Part shown: piece by piece, positions 61,601 through 64,000 of the stretch
How the letters are laid out: every line of letters begins with the position of its first letter
Position numbering within the stretch: the first letter of the stretch is position 1
DNA from: Phoronis australis
Lineage: Eukaryota > Animalia > Phoronida
Direction of reading: 5' to 3'
Assembly (NCBI GenBank): GCA_002633005.1
Contig: NMRA01000001.1
Span: forward strand, 2,649,695 to 2,713,694
DNA length: 64,000 nucleotides
The notes under the pieces: model-generated
Seen by the model: the letters and a program-made list of their open reading frames with translations, nothing else
Told to the model about the DNA's origin: nothing
Databases searched by the model: none
Translations under genes and position numbers: made by a program

Positions 61601-62213
61601 GATAAATACATTGTTACACATCCTTGGCAGTTACTTTCGCATCTAGACTCCTCATTGGACTTGGAAGTATTGCTACCCTCAGGGCTAGTACCCCATCGGA
61701 ATATAATTCATCTAAATCCCACTCAAGGTCTAAATACGGTAAAAGTCAGCCTTATCATGTAATAATCTATGAATCTGGAATGTACACAAATCAAACTATT
61801 ACACTATCCATGCATACTTTCATATCTCTTATTGTCCTAGCCTCCCTCCTCCGTTCATCACGTATCCTCTCAGGCGTAGGTGTTCTCTCCCCTGTATCTC
61901 CTGTCACTTCATCCTCATCCATCGCGCTACCAGACTCCTCCTCCACGACCACGACACTGTGTCCATCCGCCTCAGCAACGCGTGGAATCGATGTGGTCCC
62001 CGAAGAAGACGCCAGCGACGAGTGCTCACTCTTCTCAAACACACTGGCGCGGCCAGGAGTATGCTCAGGTGGGTGTCCACGCACGCGCACCGCACGCATA
62101 GCCGTACGCCAGGGGATGCCCCGTGGTGCTGGCTCCTCTGCCCCAAGCGGCTGGATAGGGCGTGTCACCAAGCTGACCGTATGGGACCGCTTCCTGTTAC
62201 CGACTGGCGTGAC
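57555..62213 (-). CDS. 3' portion of an unidentified coiled-coil protein gene with a long Ser/His/acidic disordered C-terminus; exons 61818-62213 (duplicated at 63083-63478), 60992-61069, 59866-60017, 57555-58677
   Basis: Continuous spliced frame ...ERIRDERRREARTIRDMK|VEMEQLRLQLSEESEARRQAEQTMLD|LSIENKRLELEL...[32 protein letters not shown]...DDIETDEEF*; GT-AG junctions with matching phases; 5' end not in the window. Confidence 0.82.
59866..60017 (-). CDS. Unidentified gene, internal exon (coiled coil)
   Basis: tttag|LSIENKRLELELSEAK...RNA GG|gtaagt. Confidence 0.85.
60992..61069 (-). CDS. Unidentified gene, internal exon
   Basis: ttgttag|VEMEQLRLQLSEESEARRQAEQTMLD|gtatgt. Confidence 0.8.
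61818..62213 (-). CDS. Unidentified gene, 396-nt exon (copy 1)
   Basis: acag|VTPVGNRKRSHTVSLVTRPIQ...RDMK|gtatgc. Confidence 0.78.
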
Positions 62214-63082
62214 CTGTAATGCCGGGTAAACTTGTCACATTATATTATACTTGTCTGGGTGACATAAAGAAACAAACGAAGCATCAACGAACAATCGTAA
62301 TTATACTGGCAGACTGTCAATGGTTCACGATGAGAGCAGTCAGTTGTTTTCTTTTACAAATATGCTAAATATAATCTTACATTGCATAAATATAACTGTA
62401 CATCAGATTTTATGAAATACTGTTTCTCAAGATTGTGAGTATCAGCATNCATACTCCAAGATGTACAGTATGAAACGCAGTCAGTAAGTTTCTGTTCCCA
62501 CACTAATTCAACAACTTGTTAATGTTACTCATACAAAATCAAGTACAAAAACACAACTCCAACAATCTCCATCAGAAGGAAAGCAGAATTCCAGCTCCTT
62601 AATCACACAAACCATATTGGTGAAGCTAATTAACAAAACACAAGCCTGAACAGCAAATAACTGGTGAGTAAGAACCCAATATAGTTATTTCCTGAGAGAG
62701 ATGGCAATTTGATGGGAAGATATGATGGCATGCTGCGATGTTTTGATGGAAGACACTAACATATGAGATTCCATTCATCGTGTTGTAAAGGGATGACTGA
62801 CGTCAAGTACTATGAAAGTGGAATACTTTCATTTTTGTTTCGTGCGTTTTATGCTCAAAACAAGGGATAAATACAATGTTACACATTCTTGGCAGTTACT
62901 TTTGCATCTAGACTCCTCATTGGACTTGGAAGCATTGCCACCCTCAGGGCTAGTACCTCATCGGATGATAATTCATCTAAATCCCACTCAAGGTCTAAAT
63001 ACGGTAAAAGTCAGCCTTATCATGTCATGATCTATGAATCTGGAATGTACACAAATCAAACTATTACACTATCCATGCATAC

Positions 63083-63478
63083 CTTCATATCTCTTATTGT
63101 CCTAGCCTCCCTCCTCCGTTCATCACGTATCCTGTCAGGCGTAGGTGTTCTCTCCCCTGTATCTCCTGTCACTTCATCCTCATCCATCACGCTACCAGAC
63201 TCCTCCTCCACGACCACGACACTGTGTCCATCCGCCTCACCAACGCGTGGAATCGATGTGGTCCCCGAAGAAGACGCCAGCGACGAGTGCTCACTCTTCT
63301 CAAACACGCTGGCGCGGCCAGGAGTATGCTCAGGTGGGTGTCCACGCACGCGCACCGCACGCATAGCCGTACGCCAGGGGATGCCCCGTGGTGCTGGCTC
63401 CTCTGCCCCAAGCGGCTGGATAGGGCGCGTCACCAAGCTGACCGTATGGGACCGCTTCCTGTTACCGACTGGCGTGAC
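63083..63478 (-). CDS. Unidentified gene, 396-nt exon (copy 2, probably the other allele)
   Basis: Same exon with a few substitutions (A/G, A/V, E/D), lying inside the duplication around n62449. Confidence 0.6.
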
Positions 63479-64000
63479 CTGTAATGCCGGGTAAACTTGT
63501 CACATTATATTATACTTGTCTGGGTGACATAAAGAAACAAACGAAGCATCAACGAACAATCGTAATTATACTGGCAGACTGTCAATGGTTCACGATGAGA
63601 GCAGTCAGTTGTTTTCTTTTACAAATATGCTAAATATAATCTTACATTGCATAAATATAACTGTACATCAGATTTTATGAAATACTGTTTCTCAAGATTG
63701 TGAGTATCAGCATTTTCAAGTAGCCATTGATAGTTCCTTATGAAGCCAATGTTACTGAAATAAAACTATAAGATTTATCAATCTAACAACATTGTGTTAT
63801 GAGAGTAACACAGAGGGGGTATAGTACACACAGATTCTGTTGTCAACAACAAAAACAACATGCAACCTAAAATGTGCCTCACTTGAAACTAAGCTCACGT
63901 CAACAAAAATTGATGACTACACCTTTGTAAACGAGAAAGGCAGGAAATTCTCTGACATTCTCCTACAACTAAAACAAGGTCATCATAAGTTGAGAACAAC

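Larger units (their letters stand above)
61177..63713. repeat. Approximately 1.27-kb tandem duplication flanking an N (probable haplotype/assembly duplication)
   Basis: 61177-62448 and 62450-63713 are near-identical apart from SNPs and a small indel; n at 62449. Confidence 0.9.

Noticed and set aside
61615-61760. Alternative terminal exon of the minus-strand coiled-coil gene (DLEWDLDELYSDG...)
   Set aside because: The available AG acceptors put this peptide out of phase with the upstream phase-0 donor and give stops within a few codons.
61624-62229. 201-aa plus-strand ORF (and its twin 62889-63494)
   Set aside because: Antisense shadow of the minus-strand exon; non-ATG start and no splice or family support.

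Overview
AT-rich, intron-containing animal genomic DNA from an invertebrate (lophotrochozoan is a guess; the species cannot be read from the sequence). I could build six protein-coding loci by hand from GT-AG junctions with consistent phases. (1) The terminal MoaC/MOCS1B exon of MOCS1 (+, 910-1694). (2) A complete 3-exon DTD2/ATD tRNA deacylase (-, 2883-4962). (3) A complete 31-exon kinesin-3 KIF16B with motor, FHA, coiled-coil and PX domains (+, 5238-38406, about 1402 aa), head-to-head with DTD2 across 275 bp. (4) An unrecognised Ser/Tyr/His-rich gene (-, 42601-45876). (5) A 2-exon UQCC2 (+, 51908-54552). (6) The 3' part of an unrecognised coiled-coil gene (-, 57555 to beyond 63478). The window also has several MITEs, a 5'-truncated LINE, minisatellites, and two near-identical tandem duplications, each centred on an 'n' and probably assembly artefacts. 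The most unusual structure is a 4 x 53-bp array that multiplies the splice acceptor and start of a KIF16B PX-domain exon; only the last copy gives an intact protein. There is no evidence of CRISPR, rRNA or a prokaryotic-type system.
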